Source: Mantamonas sphyraenae STR306 (Eukaryota > Protista > CRuMs). Taken from it: a stretch of 64,000 bases of DNA. The notes under the pieces are model-generated. The model did not search any database. It was not told the DNA's origin and saw only the letters and a list, made by a program, of their open reading frames with translations. Below, in pieces: positions 49,701 to 57,991 of this stretch. The stretch covers positions 248,001 to 312,000 of the forward strand of contig JAPMXV010000009.1 of the NCBI GenBank assembly GCA_026936335.1, read 5' to 3'. How positions within the stretch are numbered: position 1 is the first letter of the stretch; the number at the start of each line of letters is the position of its first letter. The position numbers and the translations under genes were made by a program.

Positions 49701-50269
49701 CAGTCATGGAAGAGCACAGGATGCTGGAAGAGCGATTTGTTGTTCTGAAGAAGCAGCGTGGCAGCAGACTGGTGCGCCAAAGCTTGCTGGAATGGCGAGC
49801 ATGTGTGTGGCAGCGGCGCGTGCAGAAAGAGACGTACTGGGCCAAGTGGAAGGGGCGGTGGGAGCAGGTGAACAGCCTGAAGGCGCAGGCAGAACGGGCA
49901 TCGCGAGAACGTGAGACGCGAATGCTGCAGCATGCAATGGCAAACTGGTGGCAGCGACTGGCGTTGATGCGTGCAGTGGGAGAGTTTAGCCTGGAGCGGC
50001 AGTCTGGGTGGCTGCGGGGCATCTTTGTGGCGTGGCTGCGATTGTCGTTGGAGGCAGAAGGAAGGCGGCAACGCGAAGTGTACGCAGCTTCGTGGTATGC
50101 AAAGCGCCTGATGAGTGATGCGTTCTTCCGCTGGCGCATCGGATCGAATGTGGGCGGAGAAGCTCACGTGGAGCAGCTCTTCGGAGTGCCGTCGATGCCG
50201 GTGGGCGTGACGCTGCTGCGAGACTCAATCGCTTTGGGTCTTGTCAGTCGATCGGCTCGAGAGCTGTGA
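40724..50269 (+). CDS. Giant Sfi1-repeat (centrin-binding) protein, ~3160 aa (first in-frame ATG 40778)
   Basis: Single ORF of R/W/A/L-rich helical repeats ending L/F-x-x-W (RAFNTW, RSFSTW, FAFNRW), almost no Pro. Confidence 0.8.
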   Translation: MAPNKRFLQWLVRVADDVMETISSGDLSVIQTIIARAAEMHPHTSPLTLSQVLDAYGEVVREPEAHLYEVLLQMSMLPYRDWWSKLEHVHPTTHLLLSETLHRWRRFATERAANRMQAINNWGAAISLWELHALRRSFGRWQEMVGRRRRMQVSLKVVRPLTQLSVCFDALRAHALKHRRQRIHLFQAVSHWAAQHARKHLRAWRWTAVPLAAVRRNKLLERTFTRWHRYSQLVRAQVALVTRQHTRVARQAVETWTRARKFRALTRRVRVGVARTCVRHWMAHAIVQRSKTSERVLVVYFWKWRKRAGQASAQRQKDKAADALWTAQLKRRVLSSWHRCVQLEAIWMQCSRRSNTRRVQTCLRHWWTSARARRIARRAVGHFRNLALSSCWTQWTQHVQQQRETKERVRQLLVRMQNQSVVRAFNTWRQYVRMQAQLRKGRKQVEVYHKVRVLREWHYRMRARRLVRSVVLRLQAALLARSFSTWYAHASVYRQTRRQSDRVIAFWSNRLQARAFSTWRANVKGQHSLRRNSQRALGHLANRQLSKAFYTWQSATAYLRRVNECATAVAAIQRHNTVERHLEVWFHALQVRAAATLVQRMNRARTLHRYFMHWGERLRHRERLMQLLFRMQHHALARAFATWRATVAYMGDVNMRAQRARLVHDYFLLRRSLQSWLFSLRVRLSMRTALASWAHRLAAAAMGSWRAYVIQRHIKMALYAKADKVRQRALLLRWRRRAGVHHRVKSALAAWAHISTHRAWTTLRAYVEHRQRKERLREAAYIFARTSSIHHAYVVWLRAMAQCQEQRRNADRMTAQRQRRTVASMLAHWLDLAQRAQRGRYVVLRWEHHVVLRAWQTWARYHAHRQAKREIGDMARLFERRVAVRTALQQWTMLWIGVRMLEHRVEDALVSREWTRLRTSWDLWKRRMDLRRRGRVLAVRWTRMTTLRAYRSWTAYVEHRREKQAMAWEANAFAQRTMTWRAHKHWKHATAHVRQTLLEHAFNSWLFVHQQERYEAQAQQVVNRRRQEALARSMMTRWRQRLGQMRMGRRVVLRVQRQLVASAFESWLFFARMEMHLRGAEQLVQYRQNVTRARRVLEHWMHQWNGLASSRVLFARLQQRDLMRAWNRWMEYTQQMASVRAIGQRMQHSLLAMAWRSWVAMVSGVRQERRSLTAFAEFHERVVMHRYVQVWHTTLMMRRAIANWRVGRCWRSWLDFHAYAQRERRADEYVGGVQRYNILSEYLGMWYTQWELHRKMRRVVQTMQSRALVRTFERWIEFTEQMRSMRRMLRRMQHGLMAQAMAAWHVVVDGRQQERARMAEFTRHQQIQSLQRCLKQWRAVMVMRRVLANWRLGRCWRSWMEFHAFARRERRMDTYVGQAQRMHVLERYMDVWWTQYEVHRRMRGVVAAMQQRHMRFAFNRWMEYARQLASLGRMVRRMRRMQLVQAFNSWQIVVEGSKADKARIAEFHAHRSVQVVLRCLKQWRAVLLMRRVVSQWRLGRCWRSWKAFHRESSHERRVEAHVHSTRRNNILWWALGTWWERLEIHRRGRTVLARMQHRQVAGSFRRWEEFVYQMRSLRRMMGRMQNATIHQAFASWRGVVEGRKREEALVSHFRQANMQLAAQRLLVHWHACLRVRRTLLMWRLGRCWHSWQAYVGAARAERGRMAVVERRHERIRVVQCLRVWWAELQRRKRMRTIVHSMKHQQCRWAFNRWMEYMEQVERLRQLGRRVVHMSCGRAFTTWRAVVTARKDEHARLVRFVADCETQVSYRALIHWVDALNGRRMKRARLLRVWHGYLVKLRHAEARVRLQHERLRAFDTLERWSRAYEANVAWIEHLVHLAFHRWHRVAVLHVAEREAVDLWEFRTQANAFRRWLLVVRLEHTFAVVHTTYKLKLVTKALNQWIRDFNGLRQTRVRRRMRLAHKHLLMWVRHFDLHQRLCLADTRRYLAVMGTCFGGWRTEARHLRNKRIALQYRAFSLCSRVMQAWHVHSAWQARARVVLARFVSRWQHRSVAHAFQQLRQHVVWWARVCNEAEELWQAAQVRRKGEIVARWREHVRVNGIGRAWMDSRDRRLVSRVLRSWRLAYVAGRRADEWRVYMTRVRALTKWRLHLRHRMQMQEGMRQVRQVIARNWWARWQGAVVGRRREKRVLADALVHWVMLYRKREELHGHFDALIAEHELRTVARYMQRWWVRQQMQRRVKRKEEEVKRQAYRHWQAAWRLRVLRTSQLQRVLEQLQGVRRRQVWQRWTEAYAENLELRTRFYLCRWANALARRETIRRVVYAVQHLYVRHSMNTWKERTAGARRTRYIVKVRVMQVWKRAHVQGRHEKYLLKEWETRCKGVLFARWIARMRQHVHNRVLGMRVVHAMTNRRLFSSFTSWRGWASYQRSLARRKSEVMEEERRMLAVRVLVGWQTVFVNTRRAVQHHEAQVQAVVMKEWMQVVEESQEYVRFQRGCVFRRWQQRMSARQRIRGVIAGMRNVIVRRAMNRWIEYTRVEGMASRVVQRRALLQWYHATRHEMEERSAIHGFQVQQLRKWLRLWVHQRRLRVRVVSAMTKRRLYAAFGTWRAWVAYERCCGARLRSHAWGTWLFAFESAVASREHYEQRLQRSVVRAWMEWSGEGRSARVFQGRVWLRRWMKSVNVRRRVLSAIASMQNVLARRCLNAWTSYVRVSRFRWQHCAEAHFHAWRRHVVRQREVQEELLRAREVQTLLALHERRGALRRLGRVVDAWRLWVTQVRMDRVRSEAVMLSNVLRAWYMLVVSHKRVRGLEAHMRVHTLREGLAMWRAGVLGRRALRRRTVRVWHARLMWVRELDTMDTALLLPCKARVLRHWWHASVHHRHLRMMEEELGDRERTQSLRRVLDTWRVQWLRVRTVRRRAWKTWRRLSVLCRGMRIWKQGVEKRATSELLHTSLARWHGVARLWRMQRRRVQREGLLEWRAASVWSRQRKRTLLARWVRLWREVARVKEIGEAMVRKNDQQRVRHALERWKTVMEEHRMLEERFVVLKKQRGSRLVRQSLLEWRACVWQRRVQKETYWAKWKGRWEQVNSLKAQAERASRERETRMLQHAMANWWQRLALMRAVGEFSLERQSGWLRGIFVAWLRLSLEAEGRRQREVYAASWYAKRLMSDAFFRWRIGSNVGGEAHVEQLFGVPSMPVGVTLLRDSIALGLVSRSAREL
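44060..46000 (+). repeat. Coding higher-order tandem repeat, 438-nt (146-aa) period, about 4.3 copies
   Basis: WR(V/L)GRCW(R/H)SW begins at 44333, 44771, 45209 and 45647. Confidence 0.9.
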
Positions 50270-52463
50270 GGCGCGTGTGTGCCATCATAAAGAAGCGTTG
50301 GACATCCCACAGGAGCACATGACCATCTTGAAAGGCGTCGTGCTGAAGGAGAGAGGTCGGAGCACGAAAGTAGACGCGACCATGGAAGAACCAGACGTCG
50401 TCGATGCGCTGGGCGTCGGTGGACTCGAAGCACTCGAGCATGATCCAGAGAGGATCGCCCCAATTGTCGCGAAACTCCTCGAGGATTTCGTCCTCGTTGC
50501 GGACGATAAAGAGAGCGAGCTTGGGCTCGCCAATGCCGCCGTCGTACTCGAGGAGTTGGGAATCGCCCTGGAGGTCCATTGGAGCAGAGTAGAGGTGGAT
50601 ATCAAGCGATGAGGGCTCCAAGGCTGCGTGGAGGGCGTACTGGAGGAGGCGCACAAACGGCAGCTGCATGACAGCGCTGTCGTTGTCAAGGAACGACGAG
50701 CGGATGTCACCGAGCCATTCCGGGAGCACAAAGACACTTCCAAAGGACTCGATGTGGTTCAGCAAGGCAACAAAGGTGTGCACGGTGTTGAGGGGAAGCA
50801 CGCGACCTTCCAAGATGGGTGTGATTCGGTTTGCACGTTCTGGAAAGGGTTTCTCGTCGGCGATGTGTTTGAGGACACGCACAAGGGTTTTGCGTGTGGT
50901 CTGTCCGTCGAGGAGCTGGGTGGAGGAGGAAGAAGAGGAGGAGGATGTGGTGGTTGTCCACAGGAGTGCGAGTGGGTGAAGATCGAGGTGGGTGCTGGTG
51001 GAGGGCTGATGGTCGTGATCACCGTCTTTGATGGTGGTGGTGTCTTTGGATGAGCTCTGAGCTGTGCATGAGAGACCCAGCAGCTGCTGGAGCTTCCAAG
51101 CGTGCTTGGGTGCACCAAAGCCGAGTTTGGTAAAGACGTGGTCAGCCTCGTGGAGGTGACGCGGATGGACGGTGCGCACGAGGGCGTTTGGTTGGCAAAG
51201 GGGCCAGACGTTGAGAAGGATGTTCCAGATGCCATTGTCGCTGACAACATGGTCCATACAGTCAATGATGTGAAAGGAAGCGTCTTGGCGAGCGAGATCG
51301 GTGAGCACCTGGACGGGACGGCCGATGTGCCATTCGAGGGTGATGTCCAACTGCTCGGTGGCGTCTTTGGCGGCAGTGAGGATGTCTTGGAGGGTCTGGA
51401 GAGCGTCAGAGTCTTGTTCGTGCCAGAGGAGAGGGTGGAAGTGGATGGGATGCCAGGCAAGCGGATTGGGCAGCTGGTTGGTGTCGGGGACGGTTGTTGA
51501 GTCGTCGAGAGACTCGTGGAGGCGGCGGACACGTGCCAGGCAGGATGCTTCGGGCATGTGGAGCCACTGTCGCAGCATGATGCGCTGCTCCCAGGGAAGA
51601 GAGTCGTCTTTGGCAAGTGTGGTGAGGACGGGCTCGAGGAAGTCGTGGAGGAGATCTGCGTCGATCCATTCGGCGCGTGCGATTGTCGCAATGTCACAGG
51701 GGGGTGTGGGGGTGTGCAGAAGGGCGTAGAGAGCCCGCATGCGCGCAGCAGCCCATGGATGGCGTGTGGTGAGGTCAAGGCGTACGCTGGAGAGTGTGTC
51801 GTGCTGACTGGTCCAGGAAGAGAGGTGGGCTGCGGCGGCAAACACAGCGTGGTCAGAGCCAGCTGCATCGATGAGGAGGCAGCGCAGTTGTGGGTCATGC
51901 GAGTCGAGTGAGTCAACAAGGGCGTCGGGAAGAGAGGAAAACGATGTGAGCGGAGCGCCGGTGGCCGTGGAGACGAGGCGCTGGCTGTGGTGGTGATCAA
52001 GAGATACGCGGACACTCTGCGTGCGGGTTTCGTGTTGAAGATGGGGTGCCAAGGAGGCAGCGTGGCGGGAAAGGAGGTCGTACGGCTCGGAGAGAGAGGG
52101 GTCGCAAGCGAGGGCGAATTGGAGAGCGTGGAAGGCACAGTGGGTGTCATTGAGCTGCAGATAGGCCTTGGCCATGCGGGACCAGGTCTTGGCACGATGA
52201 AGCCAGGGTCGTTTGCGGTCGAGGCTTGCGTCGGAGAAGCGGCAGGTGATCAAGGCGTGGTGGCATACGTCGATGCAGGCGTTTGGATCGCCTGCTTGGA
52301 GGTGGACGGCAGCCATGTTGTTGAAGAGTAGAATGGGCAGGTCGAGCTGGTTGTCACAGGCGTCGAGGGCATCCTGGTAGAGTTTGAGGGCGAGATCAAA
52401 GTCCTTTTGGGCGTAGGCAGCGTTGCCGTCTTCTTTGAGGCGGCGTGCTTGGACAGAGAGCAT
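50244..52463 (-). CDS. TPR-containing protein (N-terminal TPRs; uncharacterised C-terminus)
   Basis: ARRLKEDGNAAYAQKDFDLALKLYQDAL, LFNNMAAVHL, KTWSRMAKAYLQL TPR helices; ATG at 52463. Confidence 0.75.
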   Translation of the reverse strand: MLSVQARRLKEDGNAAYAQKDFDLALKLYQDALDACDNQLDLPILLFNNMAAVHLQAGDPNACIDVCHHALITCRFSDASLDRKRPWLHRAKTWSRMAKAYLQLNDTHCAFHALQFALACDPSLSEPYDLLSRHAASLAPHLQHETRTQSVRVSLDHHHSQRLVSTATGAPLTSFSSLPDALVDSLDSHDPQLRCLLIDAAGSDHAVFAAAAHLSSWTSQHDTLSSVRLDLTTRHPWAAARMRALYALLHTPTPPCDIATIARAEWIDADLLHDFLEPVLTTLAKDDSLPWEQRIMLRQWLHMPEASCLARVRRLHESLDDSTTVPDTNQLPNPLAWHPIHFHPLLWHEQDSDALQTLQDILTAAKDATEQLDITLEWHIGRPVQVLTDLARQDASFHIIDCMDHVVSDNGIWNILLNVWPLCQPNALVRTVHPRHLHEADHVFTKLGFGAPKHAWKLQQLLGLSCTAQSSSKDTTTIKDGDHDHQPSTSTHLDLHPLALLWTTTTSSSSSSSSTQLLDGQTTRKTLVRVLKHIADEKPFPERANRITPILEGRVLPLNTVHTFVALLNHIESFGSVFVLPEWLGDIRSSFLDNDSAVMQLPFVRLLQYALHAALEPSSLDIHLYSAPMDLQGDSQLLEYDGGIGEPKLALFIVRNEDEILEEFRDNWGDPLWIMLECFESTDAQRIDDVWFFHGRVYFRAPTSLLQHDAFQDGHVLLWDVQRFFMMAHTRLTALEPID

Positions 52464-52571
52464 GGTAGGAGGGTTGTGTGGGGAAAGGGTGGGAGGGAGG
52501 GAGGTTGAAGAAGGGAGGGTCAGAGGGGAAGATCGTGTGTGCGTTGGGGCAGGCAGAGGTTTGGCCAGCAC

Positions 52572-54440
52572 ATGTCGTCCACAAGCTCGGCAGCGCCTGT
52601 GCTGAACATGGAGGCCCCGAGCTACTGTGGGTGGCTGACGAAGAAGGGGTCGACGTGGGGCACATGGAAGCGCAGGTGGTTCTGCCTGGTGGGGGTGGAG
52701 CTGTTTTACTACGAAAGCCAGAATGCGTCGCATCCGCGAGGCGTGGTGTGCCTGTCGCAGGACAGCAAGGTGGACGTGCTGCAGCCAACAAGCAAGTCCC
52801 CGTTCCTGTTCCAGCTGACGTGCAGCGAGCGGACGTTGCAGGCGAATGCGCCGTCGAAAGAGGCTCTGGAAGGGTGGATATCGGCGTTGTCTGAAGCGAC
52901 ACGCAGTACGGGGGGGGAGTTGGTGAGCATGACGGTGTGGGCGGAGGAGTACATACGGAGAACACGGATGTCGTTCATCACGCAGTCTGGGTTTGACAAG
53001 CCGCAAACAATGGTGGTGTACAAGCCGCTTTTCCTGGTGGAGATCGACGAGGAGGGCAGGCTTACGAACATCCCAGACGCGTGGGAGGCGGCTATCAAGC
53101 GAAGCGGGTTGGACGAGGAAGTGATGCTTGCGAACCCGTACAAGCTGTACAACTGTCTTTTGTTCAGCCAGAGGGGCATTCGGACAAAACTGGTACGGCC
53201 AAAGAGCGCCGAGCTGGAGGCGGTGGAGCTGGTCGGGGACGAAGTGAGCGTGGACGTGAGCGAGGACGCGGGATGTGACAAGGACGAGGTGTCGGACGAG
53301 GTAGGTGTGTGTGCGTGTGCGTGTGTGAAGAGAGATAGAGGCGTGTGAGGGGGGGAGGGGGAGGGGTGAGGGGGAGCGGGCGTGGGTGGCGAGGAGAGGA
53401 AAGGCGGTGAAGAGGGCCCGAGTTTGGTGGGGCGTTTTGCGGCGAAAACGGTGCGGTGTGTGGGCGTGCTGACAGTGTGTGTCTCACAGGCTATGATGGA
53501 TGCAAAACGATCACGAGCAAAGAGTGTGGCAAATGCGTTCAGCGGGACGGACGCGTACGAAGAAGGAGACCCGCGAAAGCACTTTGGGAATCTTGTGATT
53601 GTAGGGGAAGGCGGGTTTGGAGAGGTGTTTGTGGCGACGCCGAAGGACAGCGAAGCGTACGGAGGGAAGAGCCAGGTGGCGATCAAGAAGATGTTGCACA
53701 AGTCGGAGAAGGACATCAAGAACGTGCTGAACGAAATCGAGTGCTTGTCAAAGTGCCGCGAGTCGGACAACGTGGTGTACTACCACACGTCGTTCCTGGA
53801 CAACAAATCGAACATCTGGCTGGTGATGGAGTACATGGACGGCGGGACGCTGTACGACCTGTCGCGCATGGTGAACATGACGGAAGACATTATTGTGATT
53901 GTGCTGAAGGAGGTGCTGCTTGCGCTGCGGTTCATGCACGAACAGGGAATGATCCACAGGGACATCAAGTCTGCAAATGTGCTGCTGGACGCAAGCGGCG
54001 GGGTCAAGCTGTGTGACTTTGGACTGTGCACGACGGTGGAAGCGGCGGAAGCCGGGAAGATGGTGGGGAGTGCGTACTGGATGTCGCCCGAGGTGGTGAA
54101 CAGGGCACCGTACGACACTGCGGTGGACGTATGGGCGGTTGGAATTCTGGCGATTGAGATGGCGGAGCACGTGCCGCCGTACTATCAGTACAGCTCGTTG
54201 AAGGCGCTGTTTCTGATTGCGACACAGGGGATACAGGATCACCCAAAGGATCGAGAGTCACTGAGCGAGGAGTACCTGGACTTTTTGTCACATTGCCTGG
54301 AACCGGACCCGAAAGAGCGGTGGACGTGCGAGCAGCTGTTGGGGCACCCGCTGATGGAAAAGACGACGAGCAAGGACCGGTTGGTGGATGCGCTTCGGGA
54401 GACGATGATGCAAAAGAGTCTGGAAATGAACACGTTGTGA
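52572..54440 (+). CDS. PAK/STE20-family kinase with PH domain and degenerate PBD; exons 52572-53300, 53490-54440
   Basis: PH GWLTKKGSTWGTWKRRWFCL; VGEGGFGEV, VAIKK, HRDIKSAN, DFG, VGSAYWMSPE, MAEHVPPY, LKALFLIAT. Confidence 0.9.
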
Positions 54441-54539
54441 TGGCGGGTTGGTGTGTGGGGATGGGTGGGGAGGGATGGGGTGGGATGGGGTGGGATGGGG
54501 AGGAAAACGGAGGACGACGACGTGGCAAAGGAAACCCAC

Positions 54540-56064
54540 ATGAGCCAGTTGACATTCCGGGACAATTTTTGGCAGGGGGGCTTCGACCCGTTGGTGCAGA
54601 CGTTGAAGGATGGGTCGGAGACGTGCAAAGCGCTGAGCCACTTTCTGGAGCAAAAGGCAAAGATTGAGACGGATGCCGGTGAGTTGACATTGGGAGGGAG
54701 GGAGGGATTGTTGGCATTGGGGTGACTGACGCGTTGGGAGGGAACAGCCAAACAGTTGATGAAGCTGTCAAAGTGCGGTCTGGGGGAAAAGGAATACGGG
54801 TGAGTTGTGGAGGGGTGATGATCGGAAGGAAAACACAGGATTGGAGGCTGACGCTGTGAGTTGCTCAGGTCGATGCAGGGGATGCTTGTGCACATCTGTC
54901 AAGAAGCTGCATCGGAGTCAAAGCAGAGGGCGGCGTATGCGACGTCGCTACAAGGGCTGGCGCAGGATGTGAAGGGGTTTGCGGACGAACAGAAGCCGCT
55001 GCGGAAGAAGCTTGTGAACGAGGTGCAAAAGGTGAACAAGGAGTATGTGGACACGAAGCACAAGGCGCAAAAGGCACATGACCGGTACTTTCGGGCGGCG
55101 AAGGAGTACGAGGCGGCCGGGAACACGTACGACCTGGCCCAAAACGGCGGGGCGGGAGTTGATGTCGGCAAGGTGCGTAGAGGAGGGGAAGGGGAAAGGA
55201 GGGGCGAAGGAGGGGCGTGGGGAGAGACTGCGGGCACTGACACAGAATGGAGGGTGGGTGTGTGCACACGATGGGTTGTGTGTGTGTGTGTGTGTCGGGT
55301 GATGTGTACAGGCGGAAAAGACGCTGCGAAAGTGCGAAAGCGATTCGAACGCCAAGGTGGCGGAGTATAACAAGCTGCTGACGCGGCTGGAGATGCTGAC
55401 GGAGAACCTGACGCGTACGATGGAGACGTGCTTTGACGAGTTTGAGGCGATGGAAAGGGAACGGTACCAGTATCTGCAGCAGCAGGCGAGTATGTACTGC
55501 TTGATCAGCGACAAGAACTACGAGCCATTGCAGGAGTACTTTCGGCAGACGAAAAACCTGGTGAACGAGTTTGACGCGGAAGAGTGCATGCAGCACTTTA
55601 TCGAGGCGAACGGGACAGGGCAGGAGCGGCCGGTGCCGATGGCGTTTGAACAATACCCGAGCAGGTACGGACCGGCGTTTGAACACGACAGCACGTACGT
55701 GCAGGGGAGCGTGCCACAAAGCTACGCAAACTACCCGGAGCCGTCGATGGAGGGAAGCAGCAGCGGCGGTGGGGGTGGAGACGGATACGGGTACGGGTAC
55801 GGATCGGGAGAAGCTGGAAACCGGGAGTCTGTGGCGTCTGTGGCATCTGTGGGCGGGCAAGAGGAGGCGTACTACGAAGCACCTACGGCTGTGGCGCAGG
55901 TGACTGCAGTGTATGCGTTTGAAGGACAAAACCAGGGGGAGCTGCCGCTGTACGAGGGAATGGTGGTGTACGTGACAGAGATGGACGACAGCGGATGGTG
56001 GTTTGGATATGATCCACAGAACCCGAGCTACGTGGGCATGTTTCCGAGCAATTATTGTCAGTGA
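54540..56064 (+). CDS. F-BAR + SH3 protein (PSTPIP/Cdc15/PACSIN-like); exons 54540-54678, 54748-54799, 54869-55172, 55312-56064
   Basis: FCH motif TFRDNFWQGGFDPLVQTLKDG..FLEQKAKIE; FEAMERER; SH3 AVYAFEGQNQGEL..GWWFG..GMFPSNY. Confidence 0.88.
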
Positions 56065-56114
56065 GGTGTGCGGAGGGCGGTGGGGAAGCAAACAAAAACC
56101 GAGCAAATTGCCAG

Positions 56115-56844
56115 ATGGTGCGTGTTGTGAGAGGTGGGGGAGGTAGGGTGATGGCGGGGCCGGATGCTGACACGGGGATATGGGACGGTGGGTGGCGCGT
56201 GTAGTCTAAGGAAGAAGTGTCGGTAGACTCGTTTTTCGACCAGCTGCTGGCGAGGTGGGTTTTGCGTGCATTTCGGGCGCGGGTGGGGAGCGGAGAGGAG
56301 CTGACACGGGTGGTGGGAGACAGGGTGGATGATTTGGACGCAGTAGTTGTGACAGACAGGGACGGGGTTGTTGTGGCGACAGGTAGGGACAGAGCATGGG
56401 TGAGAGTGGGTGGAGGAGAGGAGGAAGAGGACGGGGAAAGGACGGATTGGAAAGGGAAGGCTGACGCGGACACGGGCACGATTGGAACGTATGTATCGCG
56501 TATACATGTATGTATGCGTATGTATGTATGCGTGTGTGTGTGTGTGGTGTGTGTGCACAGCGAGAAAGTCGACGTACGACGGGGAGGGGGAAACGGAGTT
56601 TGCCACGACGTTTGCAATGGCCAGCGAGCAGGCGAGCAAGTTGAAGATGGGGGAGAACAAGAGCATCACGTCGTTCTACCCGTCCAAAATGGTTGTGCAC
56701 GTGAACGCGGACCCGCTGATTGTGACGATGATTGCGCAGGCGTTTAGCAACGCGGGTCTGATGCTGGAGCTGGGTGAGGAGGTGTCTGCAGCGTTTGAGT
56801 CTGTCAAGGCGATTGTGGCAGAGGAGGAGACGGAGGAGGGATGA
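56115..56844 (+). CDS. LAMTOR3: Ragulator subunit LAMTOR3 (MP1); exons 56115-56117, 56205-56254, 56324-56382, 56561-56844
   Basis: AVVVTDRDGVVV and FATTFAMASEQASKLKMGENKSITSFY..NAGLMLEL match the LAMTOR3 roadblock consensus. Confidence 0.88.
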
Positions 56845-56869
56845 ACCAATGCAATTGGCAAGGCCATGT

Positions 56870-57811
56870 TTACTCGCTGAGGATGCCCGAGTGGGAGATC
56901 TTGACGGCAGCCACAGGACGGTCGCGTCCGTCGGTCTTGCTGTTTTCGATCTGGCGGACGATGTCCATGCCCTCAACAACCTCGCCAAAGACAACGTGGC
57001 GTCCATCGAGCCACGAGGTCAGGACAGTGGTGATGAAAAACTGGCTGCCGTTGGTGTCGGGGCCAGCGTTGGCCATGCTGAGCAGACCGACCTTGTCGTG
57101 CTTGAGCTTGAAGTTTTCGTCGTCAAAGCGGTCGCCGTAGATGCTCTTGCCACCTGTGCCGTCGCCACGGGTAAAGTCGCCGCCCTGGATCATGAAGTTC
57201 TTGATCACACGGTGGAAGGTGGAGCCGGCGTAGCCCTCAGTGCCCTTGCGGGTGCCTGTGGGTGCGAACAGGGGTGAGTAATGGGTTGGGGGCGGGGGCA
57301 GGGGTGGGCAAGAAGGCACAGGCGAGGGCACTTGGACGTACAGAGCGTGGCAAAGTTCTTGACGGTGCGGGGAACGACGTCACCGTAGAGTCCAAAGACG
57401 ATGCGGCCTGTGGGAAAGGGGAGAGGAAGGGGGAGAGCGGGTGAGGGTGGGTGAGGGTGGGTGAGGGTGAGCAGGGTGAGTACGGGGAGAGGCAGGAGGC
57501 TGCGGCGCGGAAGTCGGTCGAGAGGGAAAAGGGCGGGTCGGAAAGGGACGGGGTAGGAGGAAGACACGGGCACGGGCATGGGAAAAGAGGGCGAGAGATC
57601 GACGGATGTACGTACCGGCATCCTTGCCGCCGATGGTGATGTCAAAGTAGACCTTCTGGGTGATCTTCTGTGGTGACGGTGAGGATCAGAAAGGATCAGC
57701 ATGGGGAGGGCGCCGTACAGGAGAACAGGGCCAACGTCAACATACGGCAGCGTCTGCGGAAGCAGCGACGAGGAGGATGGTTGCGAGGAGAAGCAGAACC
57801 TTGGTGTTCAT
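56870..57811 (-). CDS. PPIB: Secretory-pathway cyclophilin (cyclophilin B-like); exons 57811-57746, 57667-57616, 57407-57342, 57255-56870
   Basis: Signal peptide [19 protein letters not shown]; [57 protein letters not shown]. Confidence 0.92.
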
Positions 57812-57991
57812 GGTGGACGTTGTGAAAAAGGGGAAGGGTTCTATTGAGTTGCGCGGCGTGGGAGAGCGCGGCGTGGGCAACGATTTCTTTCGAGAACGAC
57901 TGCGACCGCACGGCTCTTGCTGATTGTCTCGTTGTTCAGCCACACCATCACCGAGTGCCAGGGAGTTGAAGAAGCCACACACACATTGAGG

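Noticed and set aside
57439-57480. GGGTGA repeats as interstitial telomere sequence
   Set aside because: Irregular, short, not TTAGGG-type, and inside a cyclophilin intron in the G-skewed domain.
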